DNA of 61,915 bases, filler included, from Hausera hauseri (taxonomy: Eukaryota): the NCBI GenBank assembly GCA_046269625.1. It is 11 parts of 11 records of this genome, joined end to end, with 100 filler letters (N's around TTAATTAATTAA, not from the genome) between each part and the next. Parts side by side here need not be neighbours in the genome. Positions count along the whole stretch, not along the records: positions 12,058 to 18,094 come from JBJURY010149866.1; positions 18,195 to 25,676 come from JBJURY010012122.1; 9 more parts are not named here. One strand, written 5' to 3'. The notes beneath the pieces were generated by a model that saw only the letters and a list, made by a program, of their open reading frames with translations, did not search any database and was not told the DNA's origin. This document shows positions 12,058 to 25,480 of the stretch, piece after piece; the stretch's first letter is position 1; each line of letters begins with the position of its first letter. Both the position numbers and the translations under genes were made by a program.

Positions 12058-13329
12058 GTGCAGGTAAACACAAAAGTTTACCGAACCACCATCGAACCTA
12101 CCTTTAGATAATTCTATTCAAAATATAATGCTGAGTGATAAAATGAGAAAACTCAAAAAATAAAATAAAATGCTTATAAAAATTTGTAGCATTTTTTGGT
12201 GCCGTGACCCGGGATCTCCATATTGTTAGCGTAAATATCATTAGAAACTAATAAAAACTCTTTCTTCTAAGTATCTATTAAATAAGAAAATTCCAGAATA
12301 ATAAATCGTGACTTAAAAAATGAAAATAATTATTTAAGCAAATTAGACTATTTTTAACTTTAATATACGATAGAGTAGGAATATAAATACCCATACACTA
12401 CTCCCTAAGTAAGCAAAATTAATTCCATTTTATTTGAATATTTAGATAATGCATGAATTTAATTTAATGGTAGAAGATTAATTGAGAAATACTAAATTGG
12501 AAATCAATTTAATTCTAATAATAATAGCCAACCACAGTTGAGAAAATTGGTTCAAATTATACTACGATTTATATGAATACAGAAGCTGGAATTTCCCTCA
12601 GACAAACATACAAAAATTCCGGATTTTATGATAACGCACCGTAACTAAAGTGACTATAATACTAAGTATAAATATAATGTATGCAATCAGTAATGAAATT
12701 CAAGACACACAAACACGCACCTAAACACAAGAATACACACACCCAAGTTCAGATGCCATTCAAAATGTCAGATGCCAACCTCAAAGAACTAACAAATAAT
12801 CTTAATTATTACTAAGTCATTACAGTATAATTAGTTTAAAAGATCACATCAGTAATTATTAATTTATTTAGTGAATTTAACAACCCCTCATGACAATCTT
12901 ATTTGGACAACATTAAAATTTACAGTTAATGTTTGACAAAACACTACTTTATAACCTAAATAAAGCATTAAAATTAAGATTTAAATAATACGAATTACTG
13001 TCATAATAAGAACCGAAAACGACTATAAACCATAATTCGCAAATATGTTAAATCATTTTTACGACACAGACTTGTCTGGGTATATAGTAAACGGTATCTG
13101 TGATTTGCAAGTTCATTGTTTAAGGGTAAATTTCTTCAGAATATAAGTAGCTGAATTCTTGAAAATGATATTGCGCGAATAACGACCTTTTCAGAAAATT
13201 AGTGAAAAATCATAATAAGTTAGTAATTAGGAATGAGTACAAAAACACAACATTATAAAAATAAAATTTTTTATTACTCAATAGATAAATTAGAAGAACT
13301 AACAAACAAGGAAAGCGCAATTTATTGTC

Positions 13330-14942
13330 TCTCGTGGAATATCCAGAAGCCATTACATTCATGCTTTCAACAATGGCCCCAACTACAGTTTATCAAAGTA
13401 GAGGCTCAAAACCGTTATACGCAAAAGGAGTTTGCGTAATCTTATTTACAGTCCAAACGTCAAATCAAAGCAGTCTCACCCGAAAATAGATAAATCCTTT
13501 CCAGTCCCGAACAAGTAAGGACCTTTTTTCAGCATACATTTCAAGATTACGGAACACTATTAGATTAGAATGCAAATGGGAAATCATAAATTGGTCATGT
13601 TGGATTGAATAATGCAACCATTTATAGACAAATATGGCCAGGTTCAAAATTGACATCGTTCAGAGTGCTGGAATCGGTTTTTTGAATAGAACAAAAATTT
13701 ACCAATTAAATGAAATGGAGATACTGCAGCAGTGCCATGTTGATTGCCATAACAACGAAACAAATTCACCAGATTTATCAACTTCCCAACTACATCATGT
13801 TCATTATTTCTAATACTCAAAAAGACAACTGTACAAATATCGACAATCCGATGATTATTTACCACGGAGGAGTCTATTCAGTATTCTTGTGTGGTACAGT
13901 TTGTGTCGTAACAATTGCAGCTTCTGGTGTTGTGTGATACAATCAATGATAATCCGGGATTACATTGGATATTGGTACCGTTGCTCATTGCTAACAATGT
14001 AAAATAAACAATGTAGACAAAATAAATCACACGTGGTAACACCGATACGATACTCATTCCGATACATAAAATTAAATTGAAACTAATGAAGAAACTAATG
14101 CGGGAAATCCCGCAAAGAAAATGTAGAGAACGACAATACCAGCCAGAGAAAGACAATAAAACGTAATGGTGGAAAACATCAACGCAACGTAAAAATTTCT
14201 CGTTCCCCTCTCCTCGTACACATTAATCCACCGTTCATTCCAACTGTGGGTAAAAAATCAATGAGCATAATCAGCTGGATGATGATGAAAATGAACTCAT
14301 CCATCATACTGATAACGAACCGTATCGTTACGAATCTCGAACCCAGCGACAATCAAATCAACGACCAGCATCTTTAGGTAACACTGTCAATAAACTCATA
14401 AATAGGATCGCCAGCTTTTGCAAAAATAATTTTCTTTGCCGGGTTCAACTTATCGATAAACTCCTGCAGAGTTCATATTCCGACGACTTTCGCTCTTCTG
14501 GTTTCGTTTTCCCTTAACTTGTCAAGTGTTGCAATTATTCGATTGGAAACATACCGTAATTCAGTGATCATCCATGATCAAAACCAAGTTAATTAAGTGA
14601 ATATTTGTCCAGGCTATCATCTCCAGTACTGATCTGGCAACTCAATATACCAATATTTGCGTCAGATAAATCATTCCGATATCTATCAAGGTTAATGGAA
14701 TTCTCAAAACCATTTGGCGCATTATCTTCCATGACAAAATCGTTTTGTTCTCCTTTGGTCTCTGTAAGTAGTCTTTCAAGCATTCTGAAAAATGTTCAGT
14801 GATACTTTACGTCAAATTTTAATTTTTACTTTGACTCCAAAAATTTTAAGTGGTTTGCCAACAGAATATTAAGACTTCGTTTGCCTTTGGATTTGTATGT
14901 TTTAGCGTATGGATTGTACGAATTGGTCGAGTGATCGTTCAT
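13330..14942 (-). pseudogene. Heavily decayed coding remnant, probably a membrane protein
   Basis: Higher GC than flanks; hydrophobic stretches across shifting frames; possible short GT..tttttcAG intron near 14786-14830; family not recognised. Confidence 0.3.
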
Positions 14943-17900
14943 TGTATTTATCTAAAAATTACAAAATGCATTGATACGTGTGCAATATAGGATATTTAGA
15001 ATACAATTAAATTTAATCAAAGTAAATTATTTAAACAAAAATATATTAAAGGCATTGTTTACAATCCTTATTTATTTTAAATATAATACCGAACAATTAA
15101 AAATTATAAACAACGGCATTTACGCTTCATATTCAACGGTGATTGGAATAAACTGCTCATACCCGTATTCAACTATGATTAACCCAATATTTTATGAATT
15201 TGTAACTTAAAGAATTTTTTAAATATTTATTGCATCATCATCAAAAATTCGCAACCTGTATAGAATGAACTGAATCCGTGTTTTCAACTGATTTAATGCG
15301 TGAATAATTGTATAGAATTTAGTCATATTACATATAGTGAAATAAATTATTCATGTATGTACGAGTAAAGTATAATTTCTAAAAAATAATTCATGGTAAA
15401 TTATAAATAAATGGATAATGTCTCAAACCAAATATCGAGAATACCCTGATTGCTGAAAGGTAGTTCAAAGTAATACGTGTGTGTAATTCATATATAATTT
15501 GTATATAAATCGGTGTGTTATGTATTGATATAATAGTGTTTCACTTTAGGAAGAATTACCAATTTCCTTGAAATACAAGTTTATGAAGATTGCAACCGCA
15601 CTGAATTTAGGGTATTTAATGAAAAGAAAATTTTCATTTTGTTAAGTTTATTGGGTTAAATAAATAAAATTAACTAGCATTACACAATTATACGAAAATT
15701 ATCTACATAGATACATGTGTGCTTCGTCCTTTAAGTATCTTTAAAACTACAAAATTTTATAACTTTGTAGAGTAATTTTAATTTTATAGATTTTTAATTA
15801 AAAAACCTTATTTTCTTGACTGAATATTTCAATTGTTCTTAAATTCCATTAAGTTAAACTATGTACATAAACATTAAAAGCATCTACACGTAGACTTTAA
15901 CTACGCACACAAACTTTTGCTAATAAACAAAAAATCAAATCATTTTTGGTCATAATTTTTACAAGTAAATAAGTGAACAGAATATTTATTGAATAACAGT
16001 ATATTTTAATAAAAGCGTATATTAGTGAGTACAAATAATTAAAAATGCTTAGGTAAATAAGGTTCATGACAAAATCAAATAATTTTCATATTGACAAAAG
16101 AATTTTGTATTAAAATTTTTTTTGTAAACGTTAAAACATGTTATATATAATTTCAATCATTCAGTTTTAATTGAAACCAACTGAAATCTTCGGTTTAGTA
16201 TGTAATATTGGAAATTAAAGATGAATGTGTTTATAAATATATGAAAAATACAATTTTAAGTATAAACTGCAAAATAAACTACATACTAAATATTGCCTAT
16301 GTATGCAGTGTGATCCGTTACTTTTTTATAAATCATATTATTTTCTGTCGATAAGTGCAGGATAGCTAATTTTAATACTAGTTAACCATGAAATAATATA
16401 TAGCTTTGTTTATTGACACTCAACCCATGGATCACAATCCATGTCACACCAGCCTAAAGTACTCTCATTTCAGTGTACCCATATAATGTGCACGACCTGT
16501 GCTGAGTGATGCCAGTCACGAAAACAGAAATGGCCATTCTGTGAGAGTTCTACACTGGATACCAGTGTATGCGTATTACATTGATAATCCTGCAGGATGG
16601 ATACGAGGAGAAAGACGTGGTGATCGCCAGTTCGTTCCTGATGGCCAACAAGGAAACCATTCCTCAGTATACGTTTCAGTGGGCAATTGAAAATTGACTT
16701 TTATGTATGAAGACAATGCTATAATAGTATTGTATAAATGTCAGAGTAGAAATACTTTTGCAGTAGTGTTGTTTTTTTTTTAATTATTTAGTGGAAACAC
16801 ATTTGTTTTCGATGTGTTTCTTCTTCATATTTTGTTTTTATAATTCCGTACAATCCTTTCCATCAGGATATTGTTTTCTCGAGTACTTAAATTTTGATTG
16901 CGAAAAATTTTGTTGATGCTGATGGTTGCAATGCTTTAGAGTTATAAACAACTCTATATGTTGTGCCCGTGCGTGTGTTTCGGTTGAAACATTTGTATGA
17001 CTGCATAAATACTTGACCTGTATGTTGATTTTATCCTAGTATGAGTGTATAATTGTATATATCTGTCAGTACCATATTCTCATCTTCCCATAACCAACAC
17101 CTAGCATTAAAGCTGTATATATTTGTATCTCTTAATAACATTTCAAATAATTCATTTGTTAGTGAAAATATTCCCTTTTTATCTTATAGTTCTGTATTGG
17201 GCCAGAAAATGGAGCCCTGCGCTGATTCACATATTTTGTGGCGCGTTGGCGTAATGCCTGATCTGTTTTATCGCGTACTTCCGAGCCGGACAACTACAAT
17301 GAATAGCCTTGAGTCCGGATAACATTCCAGAGTGGCACATTTTGTCCCTATGATCAGCACTTATCATTTTGCTGCCCTTTTTCATATACCTACGACAAAC
17401 GATGCCAACGCCTGTGTCACGGGATCAGTGAAAATTATCCCCTGTTTAAATTAGGAGTATTATCAGATAAGAGACACTTATTGACTGTGAAACATTGTTT
17501 GCAACTGTATACATGACTAATGCATTTGGCTAATGTACATTAACGAATTTTCTCAAGGGAGTACAGAATTTTAGCTCTGGTTTACATTATTATAAACAAA
17601 AAGTTAAGTCTACTTGTTTTATGCTAAGATTAACAACGTAAGACAATTTTTTTTAATTTCACAGTACAGTTTCAGACGAATTTTGGGTATATTCGGAACT
17701 CTATTAGCAATTTTTTTACTCGACGAGATATCTGTTGTTCAAAATCATGGATCCATAACATCTAGTAGTATCAAACCCGTTCACATTAATAATGAGATCT
17801 CCATGCACCGCGAAATTGAAACAACTTCTGAAGGGTTGTACAAACGCACATAGTTTTACCACTAAGCACATAAAAAGTACAATCAACACTAATAAAATGT

Positions 17901-18094
17901 GCCATGCCGAAAAATACGTTTAAAATACAATTTTTGCATAAGTAACTAAAGTTAAATGATTGCTCTTGCATGGCACAAAAGTGCTGATGTATGACGCATT
18001 GCGTCTATTCCTCCGTGCATGTGCATTCGGACATTACCGGCCAATCCGCCGATATCTGCTGATTCTTTTTGAAATTGTCGTTGTTAAAGCTCAA

Positions 18095-18194
18095 NNNNNN
18101 NNNNNNNNNNNNNNNNNNNNNNNNNNNNNNNNNNNNNNTTAATTAATTAANNNNNNNNNNNNNNNNNNNNNNNNNNNNNNNNNNNNNNNNNNNN
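18095..18194. other. Artificial contig spacer
   Basis: 44N+TTAATTAATTAA+44N. Confidence 0.97.
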
Positions 18195-18790
18195 TTTCCT
18201 GAATTTCCTGACTTTTTATTGGCTTAACTTTGAATTAACTTTGAATTGAATTTAAACCTTAATATCCGTTTCAATTCCTCCTCACATCCCCATCCTTTAA
18301 GAATTTTCGCAGTTTCTCCACATTTCTTTCCAGGATTCTGCCGTTCGCGTGTTACAGTACATATCGTCGGTCGTGTTTTCTCTCGATGACTTCGTATGTA
18401 TGGTCCGTATGAATAATATCCAGAAAATCAGCTACATATTTCTCATTTAGATTCAGGAGATTTTTTGACCGAAATGGCTTAACCAAATTTGTAATATTTT
18501 CAATGTAAAACACGACGATTTGCTCATTAGAATAAACATTGGGACGCATATTCCGTATTGCTGTAAGAGACGGATGCTTGAAATCAGGGTTCAGACTATA
18601 GACTTTCCAAATAAAACATGGAAATACACTTCATTTCGAAAAATCTTCTTTTGAAATTTTAATAAAAATTTCGTCAAATGTCTGCGTTAAAATTGTATTC
18701 AATGAAAAGATAAACAAAATTTCGAAAATTTGATCAACCTGTTTGTCAGGTGAATTGGCACCAAAATGACCAAAAGTAAACCAATCTATA
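18195..18790 (-). pseudogene. Unidentified host-like coding fragment (fragment X) fused 3' of the DCAF7 fragment
   Basis: ORFs 18631-18909 and 18352-18549 share a frame, separated by a stop. Confidence 0.4.
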
Positions 18791-19367
18791 TTTAGGATTT
18801 TCCATGGCTCTTGGCATGTTCGTGATGTCCCAAATGAGGGCTTGACATTCTTCGGCTCCACTGCACAAATGGCAGCTGGAGTGTCGAATCCATGCAATGC
18901 CATACACACAACCGCGGTGATTGTTCAAACGTGCTACCGGAGTACAAGGAATTCGAATGGCGAGTACAATTATCTCCGGAGAATTTAACGTAAACGTAGC
19001 TAAGTAATTTGCACCTTGTTTATTCCACGATTTTACCGGATCTTCGTATATAATCGTTGAATGTTCAAGATGACTTAGGTCAAACACTCTAATAGATGCC
19101 TCGGCTCCAACACTTGCAAAACATCCCGACCACCCTGAGCCTTGGTGAATAAAATATCATAAACTTCTTTGTCGTGAGCGATCAACTGTGTTTTCACATT
19201 ACCTGTCACTTGTGTAGGCCGTCACATCATTTATTCTAATGAAAAAATCGTCGTGTTTTTCATTGAGAATATTACAAATTTGGTTAAGTCATTTCGGTCA
19301 AAAATTCTCCTGAATATAATTGAGAAATATGTGGTTGATTTTTTGGATATTATTCACACGGACCATA
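18399..19367. repeat. 138-bp inverted duplication (18399-18536 vs 19230-19367), roughly 90% identical
   Basis: tttattctaatga...attacaaatttggttaag...gaccata at 19230-19367 is the reverse complement of 18399-18536. Confidence 0.9.
18795..19225 (-). pseudogene. DCAF7: DCAF7/WDR68 internal fragment
   Basis: VKTQLIAHDKEVYDI, FDLSHLEHSTIIYEDP, PCTPVARLNNHR, HSSCHLC, ALIWDITNMPRAMENP; frameshift, small deletion, no introns. Confidence 0.92.
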
Positions 19368-19369
19368 TT

Positions 19370-19435
19370 TGGTGTCAGAAGTGGGATTCGAACCCACGCC
19401 CCCAGTCGGGGACCAGAACTTGACTCTGGTGCCTT
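19370..19435 (-). tRNA. 5'-truncated retrocopy of mature tRNA-Leu(CAA), including 3' CCA
   Basis: AAGGCACCAGAGTCAAGTTCTGGTCCCCGACTGGGGGCGTGGGTTCGAATCCCACTTCTGACACCA: anticodon stem CCAGA/TCTGG with CAA, long variable arm, T arm, CCA. Confidence 0.9.
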
Positions 19436-22400
19436 TGTAATGATGGTGCTAGAATTATTACGGAATGGCCTGGTTTGGAGGTGTCTAAAGCCACGCCGTC
19501 ATCGATTGTGCAAGATTTGAAAGAATTAAGCATGTCCTGTGGTGGCTGGTTCTGTTGTAGTTGATCTTGCGTAAAGATCGGTGAAAAATTAATCGAACTA
19601 ACCGACCTAGATAAAAAATCATCGACCAGATTGTTAACCCCGTTAATGTGTTTAATTTCGAAGTTAAATGTCGATAAGTATGATATTTGCCGTTTTTGGC
19701 GTGTGAAAAGGTGTTTCATAGCCATGATGTTAAGTATGGGCTTGTGCTCAGTTTATATGGTAAAATGACGAGTGACAAGTAGGTGGGAGAAATGCTTTAA
19801 AGCGAGAATGATGGTCAATACTTCTCGATCGAACGTGGAATATTTGGTTTCCGGTGCTGTTAGCTTGAGAAAACTTCTAATGGTTGATTTTCTCCCTTGT
19901 AAATTTGGTTGAGTACAGCGCCTACTGCAGTGGTTGACGCGTTTGTAGTAAGGATGAGTTCTGCATCGGGCTTGGGCAAAGCTAGAATATCGACGGTCTT
20001 AATTCCTTCGCGTAGCTTGTCAAATTTGTCAACCAATTCAGGTGTCCACTGGATTGGCTGATGCTTTTTGTCGCCGCTTAGGTGTGCGAATAGTGCTGTT
20101 AATTCGGAGAAATATAGTACATATTTATGTAAAAAGTGTAGCGTGCCAAGGAATCTGCTCATTTCGGTTGTTGTACGCCAAAACTGGATGTTTTTGAGAG
20201 CTTCGACTGGTCTGATTGTGGAGAATGACCGTCTGGTAAAGTAACGTGGCCTAAAAAGTTGATGCGCTTTTTGAAGAAATGGCATTTATCGAAATTGACT
20301 TGGAGATGATAATGGCTAAGGCTTTGGAATGTTGCGCGAAAGTGTTCCTTGTGTTGTTTGGCCGAAGACGAAATGATCAGAATATCATCAGTGTAAGGGT
20401 GCGCAATCAGGAAATGTGAAAGAATTAAATCAATGTGCCGCTGAAAAGTTTGTGCGGCATTCCGCAAACCGAATGGCATAAAGAGGTAATCGTAGAGACC
20501 AAAAGGAGTAGTGACAGCTGTTTTTTCTATGTCTTTGGGTACCACCAGTATTTGATGGTATGCTTAACTAAATCAATGGCTGAATAGATGGTGGTTGAAT
20601 TAAGACGATGCAAGATATCCTTGATGAGTGGTAAAGTGTACGCATCCATGATTGTCAAGTTGTTCAGCTGTCGGTAGTTACCGCATGGTCTAAAAGTACC
20701 GTTCTTTTTTGTACAACGTGTAAAGGTGATGACCAAGGAGATTTGAAACGGCGTACTCTGCCAGAACGTCATAGTTCAAGGAATTCGGCTTCTATGGCCT
20801 ATCTACGACGAGGTGACAGAGGTCGTACCTTTTGGCGTGTTGATCGTTGATGCTCTGTAACTATATGGTGTAAGGTACTGTTTTCGGGAGTAAAAGTACG
20901 GTCTTTTTTAAGTACTCATAAACATGATGTGTGGACTAATTGCTGTAAAGTTGTAGGTAACTGTGAGAGATTTGGTGGAAGTGGTGAAACGACTTTAGTA
21001 GTAGCGGATGCAATTTGTTAGTTGTTAGCTGATGCGCAGTGAAGTGGTATTTGGTGTAAGATGATCAAATTGGAAATGGTGTTGGATGAAGTATTTTCGT
21101 CGAATGAATTAAGGCTGGTGGCAGTATCTCATTTATGGACATCGAACCTTGATCATATATCAATTTTATTATTTAAAAATTTACGAATAGAGTTATTATT
21201 ATGAAATTGGAATTATTTATTGACTTTTTTAAGATTGAACTCCGCGTTCCGGTCGACTGCGCGGTAGTCGAAATGCTATTGACATGTCCAGAAATGTCGC
21301 CAGTGGTGTCGTTCCTCAAACATCGTTGACTGCACTCAACCAGTAAATTATGGTGTGAGAGAATGTCGGATCCTAGAATTGCCGTCTGGACGTTAGCGAC
21401 TGTGAACGTCCAGTGGAAAAGTGAAGGAAAATTTGGTAAAGTGAAAGATAATTTAGCCATGCCAGAAATGTGCAGCGGGTGTCCTGAAGCAGTGTATTAG
21501 AGCTTGATTTTGAATGGAGAATTTTGTACAGGAAAGGTTTGTGGTAATAAAGAAATCGCTGCACCTGTATCAATGAGGCAGTCAACGGATTGTGTTGTAG
21601 GAGCAGTGATTGAAGCTTTTATTGTAAAGACAGCAAGAGACGTGTCGGCGTTCAGAAAGTGAAGTAGTGACTTTGCCAGAGTTTGGCGTGACTTCTAGCG
21701 GCGAACTTAGTTTTTTTGGAAGGATGAACTAGGACGACTATTAGAAGGAAAGGCAGTACGTCCGTCGTTCTTATTTGATTTGAATGTGCAGCCTGGAATG
21801 CATTTACGAGCCTGATTTTTGAACCTTGCATGGTAGATGCAAACAACGGTGTCCGAGGAAAAACTCTTGTTATAAAATTTGCATCCTAGGCAGCATTTCT
21901 GAGCATTAGTGTTAAATCTGCTGTGGTAGTACCAGATCGACTAACCCGCAGGCGATGGTGAGCGGTTTCTAGACGCTGAACGAACGCGGCCAGCGGCAAG
22001 ATCCCCTCGGCGGGATAGATACAATTCGTTTAATTTATTATTAATATTGTTGATTGTTGCATGATGTGCAATATTTTCAGCACGTAGCTGATTAAACTGT
22101 TGTTCTGTGGATGTATTATCGTTAGCGGCAACTGCTGCTGAAACAACTGGTGGAGAATTTACGTGTAGGACGTCGTGTGTCCTATCGGCTAATTCGGCCA
22201 ATTTCTCAAGCGGCGTGGAGTCCTCCACCACGGTAAGTAGGGCCCGGATTTGGATAGGTACCGCATTGAGGAATTAGTGGCGCAGTAGTTCTGGGTTGTG
22301 TTCCTTAGTGACGCCGAGAGTATGTAGATGTGCTAAAGAGGTGCGTAAGAATTCTGATAGTCGTTGGGTGCCTATAACATTGTCGTGGAAGAAACGTTGT

Positions 22401-24695
22401 ATGATCGTTTCCATGGAAGGTTCTGTGACCTTGAGAACTGCGTTAGAAAGTTGGGAATATGGGTCTGGAAGTTCGAAGATTTCGATGATGTTGTGAATGG
22501 AGATTTTGATGTTATTAGGGAGTAAGAGAAGGTTGTGTGCCTTAGTTAAAGTCGGTAATGTTGTTTCCCTGCAGCCATAGTTGGTGTGGTGCCCGCGTCG
22601 ATCGTCGCCCTCCGGTCCATTGGATTGGGCACGGTCGGGTCTTCCGCTACCGGCGTGCCGGGCACATAGGCAGGTCCCGATTTTCTGCCTTAAAAACGGA
22701 AATAAATCAAATATTGCCATATCTCTTCATTATTATTAAACGCTGTATTTCGCTTCTGGTATGTGGAGTACATCAGAGTCTCTCATCCTAATAAATCCAG
22801 AGAATGGAATTTATTTATTGGAATTATTTTGTTTACGTTTATTTGTAATGCATCTTCTATTTTGACTTTGTTTTTAATATTTTTTCGACATTTATTTATT
22901 TCAATTCCTTTATTATTATTATTATTTTATTTCAGTTTCGGTATTTCTTTTTTATATTTTAGTAGTAATATTGTCTTTTATTTTTTGTTAATGTTTAATA
23001 TCTTTAGGGTTACGTACGTTGGTTTATTTAGTAATATTTGTCTTTTGCAATTTTATTGATGATTCACAGTCACTAATGGTGCTTATCTGATAGAGAACTT
23101 CAAAACGCGGATTTTAATGAAATTATTTTTGCCATTATTCAGAAATTTGATAGTTTTTTAAATTTTGATACAATTAAATTTTAGTATAATGTTATGCAAT
23201 GTCTCGTTGAAGGAACTTTTCTAGAAGAGAGGATTAAAGGGGCAGCTTTCAAAATTATGACAAATTATTTACGCTGGACATCTTGGGTTCAACCAGTATT
23301 CATCATGACGCTGCCGTTTCTACTCCATCACATCGCCGTCAAGCTGCTCTATACTACCTATGCAGTCGCTATATTTAGCTCATTTCTCACTGCGCTCCAT
23401 GAAATTCCCCGGTGGGTTTTTTCCCACGTTGCCGTGTAACTCATCATCAATCCTACTCGCAGATGTTGAACCGGCATGCATGGTCAGCATGTGGCATCAG
23501 TTACTGTTTACGTCGGCCATCATTCAATTCATGATGCCTGTCAGCACAGCAGCAATCCACATGGTTATTCGACTGCATGAATTCATAACGTACGACAATA
23601 CGGCTACTGAAATTCCCAAACAACGTCAAGATCACGGATATTATCAGCAATTTCTCCACGTGTTGAACTTGTTACATGCACACCGTTTTGCTAACTTTGT
23701 GGTTTATCTGCATTTGTCACTGCCATCTATTGGATACACATGTACTGATAGTGATCTGACTGTTCAAGGATATCTAGTACTGATACAGTTGCCATTTGAT
23801 ATTGGTTCCATTGTGGAATGAGGATATTGGCTGACAGTATTCCTGCTGTTTTTGTTTAAGTATTGTAAATAAAAAAACAGATTGTAAAGCACTAAATAAA
23901 TTGATTTTGTTTCGCCCATTTTAATTTTGGAGTTTGCCTTGTATTTTATCCTACATTCATTACTTGTTCGAATTTTATCACATCGATACTGGAATTTTGT
24001 TAATTTTAAATTTTCATTCGTATTTATCTGGAATTGATACATTTTAGTATTCATCGTTTAAAAAACTTAATAATCATCATCTTAGTATTTTGAAATTTTT
24101 TATTCGTTTGTCTCTATTTTGGAATAAATACTTTTGGTCTGTGAAAAATAACATTTGGTGAAATTGCAACCAAGTTTTGCTGGAGTCTTGGTTGTCATTG
24201 AAGAATTCGGTGCAGTTAGGGAATGGAGCTGCAGAGGTAATGGATGGGAGATTGCTAGCAGGGGTAGGAATGGGTTTTTGAAGTAATATGACGGATTTCG
24301 GTTTCGTGGTGGTTTTATCCGTTGTGTCTATGGTTGGCGAAGAATTCATGCCACCACGGATACGGAGATGTATGTGGAGGCAAGTGTAGCTTGAGAATGA
24401 TGGTAGGGTTCCGGTGAGAGGTATTATAGCACCGTTATGGGTGAGATAAAATTCGGAAGAGTTAAGTAAGAAAGAAATGACTGTACGAAGGGTTGCAATA
24501 TATAAATGTGGTGCAATGAGTGTGTAAATGTGTATTATTGAGGAAAAAATAGAGGGGAAGTAGTATGCCTGAGGGCGTGGTGTGAAGCCGACGCGAAAGG
24601 CGCCGTCTGACCGAGCGGCGCAGGGTTGACGGTCGGGACCCCTGTCTCGGCGCAGCGGACCCCAAATTGCAGGGTGACCGAATCTCCCCTCAAAA
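19436..24695 (-). mobile_element. Gypsy (CsRn1-like, CHCC Gag) retrotransposon, degenerate; integrase lost; gag interrupted; no 5' LTR
   Basis: gag MNSSPTIDTTDK (24349), resumed at ~22562; protease LIDTG/ILGSDIL; RT FRPCGNYRQLN, KTAVTTPFGLYDY..MPFGLRNAAQTFQR, YTDD; RNase H TTNASTTAVGAVL, HINGVNNLVDDFLSR. Confidence 0.9.
22563..24140. other. ~1.6-kb composite insertion within gag (GC-rich piece, AT-rich piece, unidentified plus-strand coding fragment ~23194-23860)
   Basis: Gag before (KTWLQFHQMLF) and after (NITD..LLLPNNIKISI) the insert is contiguous in the related copy at 30213-30560. Confidence 0.65.
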
Positions 24696-25100
24696 GTGCA
24701 GCCATGTCTTCAGCGTGTTTGAATCGACCAGATTCAATCATGTGTTTGATGCAAAGACAATTAATGTATCGATCCGCTGTGTCCATTGATTTACGCACGT
24801 CCAAACGCTTACTGGCCAAATACCAATTCCCAGCATCGTAATAAATACGACCTTTCAGTGCATAGAAGTCAATCAGAGTCGGTGTGTGATACAGCTGGTT
24901 TTCAACGAGCTCTAAGGCATCCGAAACTCGACCTATATGACTATAGTGTTGTGCCAACAGATAATTAACAAATATTTCGTTCGTCGACGGTTCGATCTCA
25001 GCATCAACACCTCCCAATGTCTGATATTCGTAAATGTTAAGTTTGTATGTTTCGTAGAGTATCCTTAGAATATCGACCTTTTCCATATGTAATGTTAGTG
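24696..25100 (-). pseudogene. NAA15: NAA15/NAA16 (NatA auxiliary subunit) internal TPR fragment
   Basis: YLLAQHYSHIG, HTPTLIDFYALKGRIY..AGN, MDTADRYINCLCIKHM. Confidence 0.9.
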
Positions 25101-25214
25101 CGCGAATGAATTTTAATTTAAATTAATTTAATACAACTGGGTTTTGAAATAAAGCCATAATGAGGTCGTATTGAAAGGTAAAATGATTAAAAAGGTAAAA
25201 TTATTATCGCCAAC

Positions 25215-25480
25215 GATAAAATTACCGAGCTGTTTACGCCATGACGGTGCATCGCCAAATTGCAGTACAAAATAACTGCGGACCACTTGCTTCTCACATC
25301 CAGTAAACAACAATCCGCCCTCCGGAAAATGCAGCAGATAGCCAATCTCGGTATTGGTATTGTAAGGGAACCGAATTTTTTCCTCTTTGTTTTCAATCGA
25401 TTTCCATATTTTGAAAATACTCCCAACTAACGCAAGCACTTGGTCATTGTGAAAAATGATATTTATGGCGAAACGTACCC
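25215..25480 (-). pseudogene. NOL10: NOL10/Enp2 internal fragment
   Basis: FPEGGLLFTGCE..RSYFVLQFGDAPSWRKQLGN resembles NOL10 YPNSGMLLTANE..YYIPVLGPAPRWCSFLDN. Confidence 0.7.

Noticed and set aside
16490-18094. Exon-like GC-richer patches with hydrophobic translations
   Set aside because: Multiple stops, no recognisable family, no supportable gene model
19230-19367. LTR upstream of the tRNA-Leu PBS-like sequence
   Set aside because: It is an inverted copy of coding fragment X, without TG..CA ends or a direct-repeat partner
19370-19435. Functional tRNA-Leu gene
   Set aside because: Lacks the 5' acceptor strand and A box; encodes CCA, so it is a retrocopy
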